64,000 bases of DNA, from the NCBI GenBank assembly GCA_048013815.1, contig CM106585.1:9796001-9860000 (forward strand), in the 5' to 3' direction. Under the pieces are notes generated by a model, which was not told the origin of the DNA, ran no database searches, and was given only the letters and a program-made list of their open reading frames with translations. Shown one piece after another: positions 13,679 through 25,221 of the stretch. Every line of letters begins with the position of its first letter. Within the stretch, counting starts at the first letter, position 1. The position numbers and the translations under genes are program-made. The stretch comes from Setoptus koraiensis. Its lineage: Eukaryota; Animalia; Arthropoda.

Positions 13679-13765
13679 AAATTTCTCAGCGCCTGACTGT
13701 CGAAATTCTCAGCGCCTGACTGTCGAAATTCTCAGCGTCTGACTGTCGAAATTTCTCACCGTCTG
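13679..13765. repeat. 23-bp minisatellite (~3.5 copies)
   Basis: aaattctcagcgcctgactgtcg repeated. Confidence 0.85.
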
Positions 13766-14017
13766 GCAGTCTAAATGTCACTGTCTAACGAGCGAGTGAG
13801 CGACCGAGCGCGCCGATTAACTCAAGTGTCTCGCAATTGATTCTCCGCGAAGGTAGGTGTTTCAAATCTGCTCTGGCTTCCGCTGCCGGCGCTGCTGCTG
13901 CCGTTGCTACTGCTGCCGTTCGCGCTCTACAACACCGTGTGCCATTGTATGAAAATCGTTTCTCTCTTGGCAAGCTAGCTTGGCAAGCTAGCGCGTGCTT
14001 CTCTGAGTGCTCGCTTT

Positions 14018-14110
14018 TCAACATATCAGCTTCTCAACATATCAGCTTCTCAACATATCAGCCTCTCAACATATCAGCTTCTCAACATATCAGCTTCTCA
14101 ATATATCAGC
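14018..14110. repeat. 16-bp minisatellite (~5.8 copies)
   Basis: tcaacatatcagcttc repeated. Confidence 0.9.
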
Positions 14111-14497
14111 GGCTCGCAATTGTCGGCGGCTACAAGATTGTTAGCCAATCGTGTACGTGCACGCACTCGGCGAGCTAATGTTTATCCCTTCTGCTCACGC
14201 TGTGTTTGTATGTTTGCCAACACAAATCTGTGTGTGTTCGCAGCGACAGGAAGTGATTATTCACGCGCACTTATCATCGGCCCTACACACAATGGCTTCA
14301 GCAACACACACACACACGCACACAGCGACTTCAGCAACACACACACGCACACAGCGACTTCAGCAAGACACAGTTCGAGAAAATAAAGCCAGTCTCCAAA
14401 ATGTAGAGGGCGCTGCCGAGGGAAGTGCAACGAATCGTGATGAGCTAGCTAATGAGCGATGAAGCGCAACTAGTGGTTCAATGCACAATTGGTATCA

Positions 14498-14540
14498 GCA
14501 GCCACTTTTATAGCTATGCCACAGCTATAAAAGTGGCTGC
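14498..14540. repeat. Perfect 18-bp inverted repeat, 7-nt spacer
   Basis: gcagccacttttatagct-atgccac-agctataaaagtggctgc, ~380 bp upstream of the SDR start. Confidence 0.9.
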
Positions 14541-14920
14541 AGTTGGGGTGTCGCGCATGAGGTGAATGCCATCAACATGCGCTCAAATCGTGCTCTCATT
14601 TGTAGTGTTTATTCATAGTGACATTTGTGCGAAAGCGGATAAATGACAAACCAATAGTCCGACAGTGACCAGGGCAACGAATTGAGCAAGCAATTATAAG
14701 CAGCCAAACAATGGACACAACAGAATAGTCGAGACAGTAAAATCACACAACAAAACACAGCAAAACACGCCAAACAAACGGCAGAAAGGGTTAGTTTTCA
14801 CCCGAGTGACACCACCAAGCGATACCGAAAACAGTGATACGAATTTTACCAGACCGCATTGGCCTCAATTAGCAACAAACGTGACACGCACCACCAAAGA
14901 GAAAGCATAAGGCACCAAAA

Positions 14921-15193
14921 ATGGATAAATTGTTCAACAAACAAGTGGGCACCTTCGTTGGCCATCTGCCGCTCATACTGGCCAACTTGGCCTGGTCGTT
15001 CCTCCGTTGGCTGCTGCCCAGCGCCCTCTACGCGAAAGACGTGTCCGAGGACGTTGTACTGATAACGGGCGCAGGTTCCGGTTTGGGCCGTGCTCTGGCA
15101 ATTGAGTTTGCGACGCTGGGCTCGTTCATTGTTGCCTGGGACATCAACGCGGCTGGACTCGAGCAAACGCGCCAAATAGTCGACGATATTTAC

Positions 15194-15231
<38 letters not shown>

Positions 15232-16348
15232 ACAACAGCAACAGAAACAACAACGAGCCACAAACAACAACAAGTGTCTCACGTACCTGGTGGACGTGTC
15301 CAACAGGGAGGCCGTGCAAGGGGCCGCGCTCAAGGTAAACGCCGATCTCAAGAGGCACCTAGGCGACCAAGGCTACGTGTCTATATTGGTGAACAATGCG
15401 GGCATTTATCACGGGCTCATGTTGCACGAGCTGAAGGACGAACAAATAGAGCGCATATTCAAAATAAATGTCATGTCGCACTTTTGGACGGTGCGCGCCT
15501 TCATTGGCAACATGATATCGTTTAAACGCGGTCACATTGTCGAGATCGCATCCATGGCGGGCATAAGCGGCCTACAGAAACAAGTGGACTACTGCTCGAG
15601 CAAATTCGCAACAAGTAAGTGCCGTGACGCGAGTCACAACATTGGGCTGGGCCCCAACCGGGCCCCAGCTCGCTCTTGCCGGAAGTGGCTGATCATAATA
15701 AATAAGTTATTATAATTATCCCCTAACTAATTGCTCGATTATCGCTGCATTGATCTCAACCTTTCCCATCGGCTCGCTGTGATTAATCGCGCCCAGTCGG
15801 CTTCGAGGACGCCCTACACATGGAACTCAACTCGCTGGGCATGAGCGACTACATCAAGAGCACCGTGGTGTGTCCGTTCTTTTTTAGCTCAAATCTGTTC
15901 ACCGATTACAAGTCAAACATTAACGCACTTATGACCTCCGATTATGTCGCCAAAGAGACCGTTCGCGCCACCCGATGCAACAAGGACATGATCATGTTGC
16001 CCGGACGCGCCTACCTCAACTATCTGCTCAAATCGTAAGCACACACACAATTATGACGCCGATAATAACCGGCGCGCTTGTCCTTCCGGTCAGCACTTCC
16101 GGTTTGGCTCTTGTTTCATGCCTTGTTTTAACTTGATTTATGTTATTTTGTTATTTTTATCCGTTATGCTTGCTGCCTCTTATTACTTCGGCTCATTATT
16201 GGCCGTTGCGCTTATTGGTCGCCCTCATCCGATGACCAGACTGCTGCCCCGGGAGACGTTTGTGCTGTGCAGCAAGGCCATGGGATACACCGAATGCGTT
16301 CGCGATATTAAGGGAGCGGCCGCGCTGGCAGTCGTGCAAGGGGCCTGA
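14921..16348 (+). CDS. Short-chain dehydrogenase/reductase, SDR16C family (epidermal retinol dehydrogenase/17-beta-HSD11-like); exons 14921-15614, 15797-16034, 16240-16348; 346 aa
   Basis: N-terminal membrane anchor, TGAGSGLG NAD(P) motif, NNAG, catalytic YCSSK. GTAAG donors at 15615 and 16035 and CAG acceptors restore KFAT|IGFEDALHMEL and LKS|LLPRE; spliced length 1041 nt is in frame. Confidence 0.9.
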
Positions 16349-17910
16349 CTGTAAACTAAAACAAATTAGTAATATAATGTAACTTGTAATGTAATTTTCA
16401 AATTGAGCGGCCGGCCAATTGTAACCATTGCGGCGCTGCTATTTCTATGTTGCGCAATGCGCGAGCACTTGGCGCTCCAAATAAACTGTACATAACATAA
16501 TCAACTTTGCACATATCACAAATTGTCAGTGTTGTCGACTGCACTTGTCAAGTCGGCTTGACAGTCGCGTCGGCAGGTGCGCCTGGCCGCTCTCGTTTCA
16601 TTTGTTTGGCTGGCAATTGTGGGCCGGCAATTGTGGGCCGTCAATTATGCGTAGATGGCGCTCGACTCATTCAACTGTTAGGTGGCTAATCGACTCGACA
16701 ACAGCAGCCGCCACTTGACATTGGCCTTGGCTCGCCTTGCCGCACTGGCCCGCTGGCCAGGTGAGGTGCGCGCAAGCGATAATAAATAATATATATCGCG
16801 CGCATATTACAACTGGCCAACTCTGGCTGGGCCCCTCTGATTCGCTGGGGCCCCTCTGACCGCGATTCGCTGGGGCTCCTCTGACTGCGATTCGCTGGGG
16901 CCAGTCGGAGTTTTGCAACCGATAGCCGGATTGCTGGCTGGCTGGCTGGCTGGCTTGCAGGCAGGTGCACAAGGTTTGTGGCGCGCATATTGGTGCTCGG
17001 TGGGCCGGTTGGCGAGTTGCGCGCCCATGTAAAATGGTCTGGCCAAACACTGGTGCTGTGCATGTCAGATTTGCATCATTATTCAATGCATCATAATTGC
17101 TCCACTGGTTTGATGCTGTTGCTGTTGTTGTTGCCGTTGGCTAGCTGCGTGAATGCGCGCTGCCACCAACAACAAACTAGATGATTGAAAATGGTTGAGA
17201 AATCGACAAGCAGCAAAAGTACAGTGAAATTGTTACTATTTCGTTGGGCGCAACGGTTTTATTAAGGCACGGCTCACAGCAGCAACGTCTTTATACGGCG
17301 ACTTGCCGGAGCGCTTGCACGAGTTGGCGGACGTTACATAATTTGTGCGCGTGCTGCGAGCGCGCTATGCAACCAATGGCTGCCCATCGGCACAGAATGA
17401 GCGCATTGTGATGCATGCCAACCCGCAGACAAGCACACACTCAGCTGGCTCAGCCCGCCGACGGGCCGGGCCGGGCCGGGCCGACCATCGGCAGCGACCG
17501 GCAATGGCGCCCACCGTTGGCGGCGACCGGCAATGGCGCCGTGAAACTATTATGTAACCATAATACTATATTATTGATGTATCTCGCTAACGCATCCAGG
17601 CATAAAAATAAGCCGAATGGGCCCGACAGCAGCTGTTGTGCCCACGCTTGGACACAAATTCCGCGTGGCCCGTGGTGCGCTCGACAGCGCCCCCAACCTA
17701 TAAGCACCAACAGCGACAACAACAATATCTGGCCATTGGCGCCGTGGCAATACACGATATTATATGATATTATTATATGATATTATTGCATAAGCAGCTT
17801 ATAATAGACAGGCAGCGATGGGCGCCGGATAACAGCGGCGACGGGCAGCGGATAATATCGATGGCTGGCTCGCTTGTTTGGCTGATGCATCACCTCCGCT
17901 GGCTGGTCGT

Positions 17911-17942
<32 letters not shown>

Positions 17943-19051
17943 TCCATCAATCTATCATTGGCGCTGCACGCCGATACACGACGACGCGGCCGAGGCCGAG
18001 CTTTTATTTATTTTTTGTTATTTATCCGCTCTCGCTATTTCGGGCACACGAGCTTCCACTGTGGCGTGCTCGGGCCGCGCGTTGTGGGCCGTCGGTCGGT
18101 CGCATCGGCGCGCCATTGTCGGCCAGCTATGCAAAAAACGCCACTTATTACTGAGATTTACTTGTCTGCTGTGTGTGGAGTGCGATTTAATATCATCGGC
18201 AAGCGAAATACAGGGCACGCCGTCGTCAAACAGACGAATGACATTACATAATGACAAAAGTAGATTATTTATTTGTTGTCGTTGCTGCTGCTGCCGCTGC
18301 CGCTGAGAAATTCACATTTAAACGCCACTGACTGGCAGTCAATTTTATCGAGCAATCATCATTATCATCGATATCTCTGTTGGGCGGCCCACATCGGCGC
18401 TGTTTGTGCCATTAGGCGAGTTGCCATTTGCAGCGACAGTGGCTGTTGGCAGTCGACAAAAGTAGCAGCCATCGAGTGTGTGATTTATGGCACGCTCACG
18501 GTAACAATATCCTCGTTTCACTGGCAGTGCGCGCCGGATATTCAAACAAACAACATGCTACTGATAAATTCTTTTTTTGCCAGATTTGCTACTCACTGTG
18601 TCACTCGCAACCCTGTGTGACATCTGACCTCGCTCGGTACGGCCTCGGAATCCACGGCGGCGGATCCGACACACAAATGCGACAGGAAACGGGCCACGGC
18701 GGCGCGACGAGCGCCACGCAAACGAGAAACGAAATCGCACACAAACTCGAATCGGATTCAACAAATGTTTGCCGTAATTCTATACAATGGTAATTATAGT
18801 TATTATTTATTTATAAGTTATTTGTTTTTTGTCCGTCTTTTGTCTTGCCAGTCGCTGTCGGGTCGTCATTTTGTTGGCCGTCCAACAATCGCGACCATCA
18901 CAATCATGACGACAATCATGACGACGCAGCCACCGACAGAGCAGTGCTGACAAATGCCTGAATGAGAGACTCGTGTCGGTAAGCGGAGATGTTATTGTTA
19001 CAGTTGTCACATCAGCAGCTATTGTTATTAGCGGCCACCATTATTGGCTAG

Positions 19052-19771
19052 TTACAAGTTGTTGCTGTTGTTGCTGTTGTTGTTGTTTTGTTGTGACTTT
19101 AGCAGCCGCTGAAACACGGCCAACAGCAACGGATACTTGTTGGCGCGGGCCAACAGGGTCTGTTCCGTCTCAGGTGATCTGTTGTGTTGTTTGGCAAGAC
19201 GCGCATATTCTCCGAACAGGTCCGACATGATTTTGTAGTCGCCGTTGCGCGACGCAGCCAACAACGATCTTGCGTCGGCACTGTTCAATATTGAGGCCAC
19301 TAGCTCCAGGCCGGCGTATTTGCGCGGATCAACGCGTGTATTGTATTCCTCCATGTAAACAGGACGATTGTCTCTCAGATATGACGTAGTTAGATAGTTG
19401 TTTCTGTCGCTGAATTTGCGCAATCTAATCATAAATTCATTCAATTGCTCTATTGTTTTGATTGAATTTAATTTGCTAATTAAGGCTGAAGCGACCAACT
19501 TGTAATCGTTGCTATCCTCGACAGCTATGTATTGCACAGACTCTAATTCTTTTGTGTTCAACCAATTGGGGCCCACGGGCGCCACCAAAGACGACGATTT
19601 CGATTGCGCCGTCAAACCCAAGTTGGTTGTTTGCTGTTGCTGCTGTTGCTTGTTGCTGCTACCGCTGTCGAGCGGGCCCCAAATTCCGGCGCCCATCACA
19701 GACGAGGCCAAACATTGGCTGGCCACGAGGGCCAGCAAGCAAATTGAATTAACTCTCACCACTGACAACAT
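19052..19771 (-). CDS. Orphan secreted protein, 239 aa (signal peptide, poly-Q linker, Cys-free helical domain)
   Basis: ATG-initiated ORF; hydrophobic N-terminus (ICLLALVASQCLA); non-repetitive, protein-like ~150-aa core; no recognisable family. A possible upstream exon (GTGAGT donor near 20730) cannot be excluded. Confidence 0.7.
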   Translation of the reverse strand: MLSVVRVNSICLLALVASQCLASSVMGAGIWGPLDSGSSNKQQQQQQTTNLGLTAQSKSSSLVAPVGPNWLNTKELESVQYIAVEDSNDYKLVASALISKLNSIKTIEQLNEFMIRLRKFSDRNNYLTTSYLRDNRPVYMEEYNTRVDPRKYAGLELVASILNSADARSLLAASRNGDYKIMSDLFGEYARLAKQHNRSPETEQTLLARANKYPLLLAVFQRLLKSQQNNNNSNNSNNL

Positions 19772-21434
19772 GATTGATTGCTGCTGATAAGATTAAACAC
19801 TGGGGCTCTGGAGGTGCTTCTGTTCGCTTCTGTTTGTAGTCGTCGTCGTCGTTAATATTTAATCCTGTTGAACTGTGAATTTTCAAATGTCAAACTCTCT
19901 CATAGCACCCAATCCATTTTATACTGTCGATTGGCGACTAGGCACAACGACAACAACAAATTAACCTGCGACATTGTCGCAGGACTATTGTGAGTCATCA
20001 CAAGGCGAAAACGGCAGCATATTACATACCTATAAGTACCTATAAATAGATAAGTAAGCTGAGGCAAACTAGACTCCTCTAGACTTCCCTAAAGTTGTTG
20101 TTGTTGTTGTTGTTGACTGGTTGTCTCTTTTAATCTAGTGCAAGTCATGCCAGGACATGCAAGAATGTCAAGCGCGTGAACAACAGACAAATTGTAATTT
20201 TATCATCATATATCGACATGTGGCACTAATCAAACAAGTAGCTTACATTTCGCCTAGATGACACACACTGGCTAGCTGGCAGGCGCAGCTCGCCTGATCA
20301 TCTGTGTGGGGTGTCCGATGTGGAGACACCATCGTTATCATTGTTTGTATTGGTTAGCATTTTTCAAAGGCACACAAATCAAACAACAAACCCTTTTTTA
20401 TTTCTATTTTTAATTTATTTATTTATTTATTTACACACGATGTTTGTTGTGTACCTGTCTAACAAACTCACTAGCCCACTAAACATTTCGACGAATGCAA
20501 ATAGTAATCACTGATGTATCATTGACATGCACTCGCATTCTTCCACAATCAATTGTTGTTGCTAAATAAATATGAATGTTACCAAATGAGTGGTGTTGTG
20601 ATTGCATTTGATACAAAAAAAATGGCTCTTTTTGCTGCTTCTTATCAAAATTTCTTGCCGCTTAGATATGGGAAGCCTGTCTAATCTGAAATATGTGATC
20701 GTTGCATGAAGCCAAACGGACGTTGAACTCACCTGAGATAGTGTGCCGATCAGTTGATTTGCGCTAGTTAGATGTTGCCACCGTAACAACAATTGCGCCA
20801 GTCTGATCATCATTTGCGATTGGCCCTAATATGAAACTCGCACTATTAACGCTGGTATTTGGTATTTGATGTCTACCGAGTATGTATAATAAAGTATAGT
20901 GTATACTTTAATTTAGTCACTTGTGACTGTATCAAAGTTGATACTCAACCTATGCGATGGACAATCGTTGGTTACCCGGTTCGACACAACCAACAACTTT
21001 GGATCACAGGTCTACAGGGATCTCTACCTGCGAGAGAGGCGCTGGTCACGAGCTGCCACCGGCTTATTGCGATACTTTGAGATGCCTCAATACATTATTT
21101 TCAGATAATATTGCGATCCGTCGTGTACTTTACTTTACTTTACGAAGTAAACTTTACACTGCAAACTTTACAGTGTAAAGTTTGCAGCAAAATACACAGC
21201 AAAGTAATGTCGCCGAAGAAACTTTTTTGCCCTTCAAATTTGGCGCCATTTCGGCAGTCACTTGGTAGAGTGTTGGACTGCGCGTCATTCAACTGCTTTG
21301 CAACGTAGACACAAATGAGACGTAGCAGGACTACAGCACAACTACAACCACAATCACAACTACTACCCCAGCACTAGTACTGCACTGTGGCGTACGTTAC
21401 TAGCGAAGGTGGTAGTAGTTGTTGTTGTTGTCGC

Positions 21435-21472
<38 letters not shown>

Positions 21473-22154
21473 CAGTTTAGTGAGTGAAGTAGTAGAGCTG
21501 TTGTAGAGGTGGGTCTGTCTATATCGGCTGTTAGCAATGTAGAGAAAAAAGAGATGAAAACAAACACACAAATGTGTCAATCTCTCACAATCCAATGTTG
21601 TTACACAACACACTGGCTTTACACTGACTGCTCTCGTCACTATCCCCCATATTTATACATTACATTTATATATTTATTTCCACACTAGCATATCAGGCCA
21701 TTAATTATCAATGATGTTAGCGAGAGGATGAATATCATTTGAGAAAGCGCACCAGTTAGGGCAACAACAGCAACAGCAACAAGGCCGCACTGATCGATGA
21801 TCTGCTGTTGCAGCCGTAGCAAAGAATTTTATGCCAGAGACGCCATTTGATATAAACGCCACCTGATAGAAACGATACAATTATCCATTATTATTATTTA
21901 TTTTACTTAAAGGGCACACACACACAAACATGATACAAGCTGCTACTTACGACCGCCGTAACAACAGTATACCCAACAACAATTAGACAGAAGCCATACT
22001 GTCGCATTGTGTATATTATCACTATTATCGTCATCGTCAATTATTATTGATTTTTGAGCAGTTTTAGCTTACCTTCAACACTAACTACTTACCATCCCCA
22101 ATACTATATATACTAGTACTATTATCGCCTGCTGAGAAACAACCCAAGCGAGCC

Positions 22155-24155
22155 ATGATGAAGGACTACGACTACGAGATGAGCAGCCAGGCGCCCAGCA
22201 GCAACCTCAACTCTATTAATTCTAATACATGGCGCCAGCGGACATTTAAACGAAGCTGGCAACGCTTGCCCAGATCCTTCAAAATATATCTAATCATCGG
22301 ACTAATAGTAGTGGTGGCTATTCTCACATTCTCCACTAGCAAAATGCTTCCAGTTCTTGCCAGTAACCCACAAGCGGGCTTCCCGTTTATAGTTGCCACT
22401 AGATCCACTGGAACAGAGACAAATCTAATGTTTTCTACTAATCACAATCACCACCAACAGCCCATCCATTCATCGACCTGGACTCCCAATATGGCAGCCC
22501 CCATCGACAATCTAGCGCAACGCCAAGCCATGTCTGCTAGCAACAATCATCCTAATATACTGAGACACGACCAGGCCCCACAAACAATTAGAACTCCATC
22601 CACCAGATCGCTTCCCCCTACTGACACGGCCGCCGCTCATGTACTATTGGCCAGACCAAACTCGGCCCAGCACATCAACAACATTTTCTTTCCATCTTAC
22701 AACTCATCATCATCTACAAACAATGGAGCTCAACTAGCACCAGCTACAACCCATGACGACGCCAAAAACAAATTCAGACAAAACTTTATACGTGGCATGA
22801 TGAAACACGCATGGGACGGTTATGTAAAACACGCTTGGGGATACAATGAGGTCAAGCCTGTGTCGGGCGAAATCAATTATGAAAGTGTGTTCGGCTCGGA
22901 GAAAACGGGCGCCACCATTGTCGATGGCATCGACACACTATACATTATGGGCCTCATGGACGAGTACAAAATGGCCAGGGACTGGATAGAGCACAATCTA
23001 GATTTAGGAAAATACGATTTTGAAATGTCCGTCTTCGAAACAAACATACGCTACGTCGGCGGTCTACTTTCAATGTTTGCCATGACCAAGGACAAAATGT
23101 TTCTAGACAAGGCAGTGCAAGTTGCCAACAAACTATTGCCTGCCTTCAATACACCAAGTGGCGTACCCTATTCTAGTGTTAACTCGAGGACTGGCTATGC
23201 GACAAATCACGGATGGAGCTACGGTGCGGCTATTTTGTCAGAGTTTGGCACAATGCACTTGGAGTTTATGTATTTGTCGCACGTTACGGGAAATCCCGAA
23301 TATGCCAATCGAGTCCTAAAGGTACGCGATGTCATTAAGAGAGCGATTCCCCGATCTGACGGATTGTATAATAATTACATGAACACAGACTCAGGTCAAT
23401 GGTTAGTCAGTCCTGTTCATGTATCCATGGGAGCCTTAGGTGATAGCTTTTACGAATATTTAATCAAATCATATGTATATTCAGGTGATCGTGATACAGA
23501 CGGGTACAATTTGTACATAGAGGCCATTAGGGCCTTTGAGAACAAGTTAGTGTTTACATCAAGTCAGTCTAGGCTAGTGTATTTTGCCGAACTAAAGGGC
23601 ACATCTATTAATCACAAAATGGGCTCGCTTGCCTGCTTCTCTGGTGGCATGCTGGCCCTGGGTGCCACCAAATCCAACGATCCGCGCCGACACATGAAAC
23701 TAGCCGCGGACATAGCCAATACCTGCCACGAGTCTTGTGTGAGAACTAAATCGAAAATAGGACCCGAGACATTTGTCTTTAGTAACCAAGCAGAAGCCAT
23801 TGCCTTTGGACCACAGGAGAAATATTACATACTCAGACCAGAGATACTTGAGACTTATTTCTATTTATGGCGTTACACCCACGATCCCAAATATCGCGAA
23901 TGGGCATGGGATTTTGCTCAAGCTATTGAGAAATATTGTAAATCCGAGGCGGGCTACTCTGGTTTGCGCAACGTTTATGACCCATCATCCAACAACAAGG
24001 ACGACGTTCAGCAAAGCTTCTTCCTAGCCGAAGTGCTCAAATATTTGTACTTGATATTTTCTGATGACAATTTAATCAATTTGAACGATTGGGTTCTAAA
24101 CACGGAGGCTCATCCATTGCCAATCATGAAAAACATCTCCTTTCATCCGCAGTGA
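22155..24155 (+). CDS. MAN1A: Mannosyl-oligosaccharide 1,2-alpha-mannosidase (Golgi class I, GH47), intronless, 666 aa
   Basis: Type II anchor; GH47 motifs MMKHAWDGY..AWG.NE, VFETNIRYVGGLL, LSEFGTMHLEF, GALGDSFYEYL, YILRPE..ET, QQSFFLAE.LKYLYL, NTEAHP. Confidence 0.97.
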   Translation: MMKDYDYEMSSQAPSSNLNSINSNTWRQRTFKRSWQRLPRSFKIYLIIGLIVVVAILTFSTSKMLPVLASNPQAGFPFIVATRSTGTETNLMFSTNHNHHQQPIHSSTWTPNMAAPIDNLAQRQAMSASNNHPNILRHDQAPQTIRTPSTRSLPPTDTAAAHVLLARPNSAQHINNIFFPSYNSSSSTNNGAQLAPATTHDDAKNKFRQNFIRGMMKHAWDGYVKHAWGYNEVKPVSGEINYESVFGSEKTGATIVDGIDTLYIMGLMDEYKMARDWIEHNLDLGKYDFEMSVFETNIRYVGGLLSMFAMTKDKMFLDKAVQVANKLLPAFNTPSGVPYSSVNSRTGYATNHGWSYGAAILSEFGTMHLEFMYLSHVTGNPEYANRVLKVRDVIKRAIPRSDGLYNNYMNTDSGQWLVSPVHVSMGALGDSFYEYLIKSYVYSGDRDTDGYNLYIEAIRAFENKLVFTSSQSRLVYFAELKGTSINHKMGSLACFSGGMLALGATKSNDPRRHMKLAADIANTCHESCVRTKSKIGPETFVFSNQAEAIAFGPQEKYYILRPEILETYFYLWRYTHDPKYREWAWDFAQAIEKYCKSEAGYSGLRNVYDPSSNNKDDVQQSFFLAEVLKYLYLIFSDDNLINLNDWVLNTEAHPLPIMKNISFHPQ

Positions 24156-25163
24156 TTGACCTGTACCCTACGAAACTTTTTACTTAACTATTTTGACAAC
24201 AACAGAGATCTAGACCAATATTATATGATAATTTTGCCCGAATCTTTTAACTAACTAAGAACGAATTTAAATATTGTTAATTAAGTGACCTACAAATGTT
24301 AAAATACACTTGTTAGATTGCTGCTTTACCAGAATGATTCTCAAGCATTCCGCATAATAGACTTTGTGCTATTCAAACAACAAACTAATGTAGCTATAGT
24401 ATATACACCCGCCATCTCTTCCCTTCCCATCCCAACCACAATAACCACTTGTTGATATTCTCTCATCAAAGCCTATACTTATGCTAAATTGTAAAGTGCA
24501 CTATCAATGAATTGAAATTTTATCGAGGACACACTAAAGAAGCATGATGACAAATGTAAAAAGAAGAAGAAGTTATTGCATGATATATAAGCGTGTTACA
24601 AATAATGAATGCGAATTAAATAAATTTGAAAAATTTGTACATAATTACACATTTATAGTTGACATTCAGCAAGATAGTTATCATTGGTAAATTGTGCGTA
24701 GCGTGTAAGCTTATTACATCACCAGCATATTTATTTCATTTTGATGGTCTTATAACATGTGATAGCCATGAGAAAGTGAAACAATCTGGAGTAAGTTCAG
24801 TTTGTTGTTCACATTAACACAATTGTTTTGGTCATGAGCAAGGTCTGGCGTTCTTCTGTAAAAAAAAAGGAAAAGGAAAAAAGCAAAAAGAAATGGCATT
24901 CCTTGCAACGTGGTTATGGTATTAAGTTTGCTGGCTACTTTCCATGTGCGTTATTCACATCAGTAGACATTACAAAACATTATTAGTTGTTGTTTTGTTG
25001 TACTTAAATGACGACGACGACGACGACTACTACTACAATTTAAAGTAGTAGAAGTCGTAACTTTAAGTAGATGGAAGAAAACAACAACCAATAACAATTA
25101 GCAGTAAACATGACTTGTAAGTTTAGTGTGATGTAAATATCGCACATAAACGTCTAAATTGGA

Positions 25164-25221
25164 CGCAAACAACACGAGCAAGTGGCCATAATTAATGACC
25201 ACTTGCTCGTGTTGTTGTGCG
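25164..25221. ncRNA. Candidate pre-miRNA-sized hairpin (strand undetermined)
   Basis: Perfect 18-bp stem (25168-25185 with 25199-25216), extended by cat/atg inside the loop and by cgca/tgcg past a 1-nt bulge; ~58 nt in total. No match to conserved miRNAs I could recall. Confidence 0.3.

Noticed and set aside
14555-14570. GGTGAATGCC resembles the 3' end of miR-124
   Set aside because: The seed (TAAGGCAC) is absent and there is no precursor hairpin
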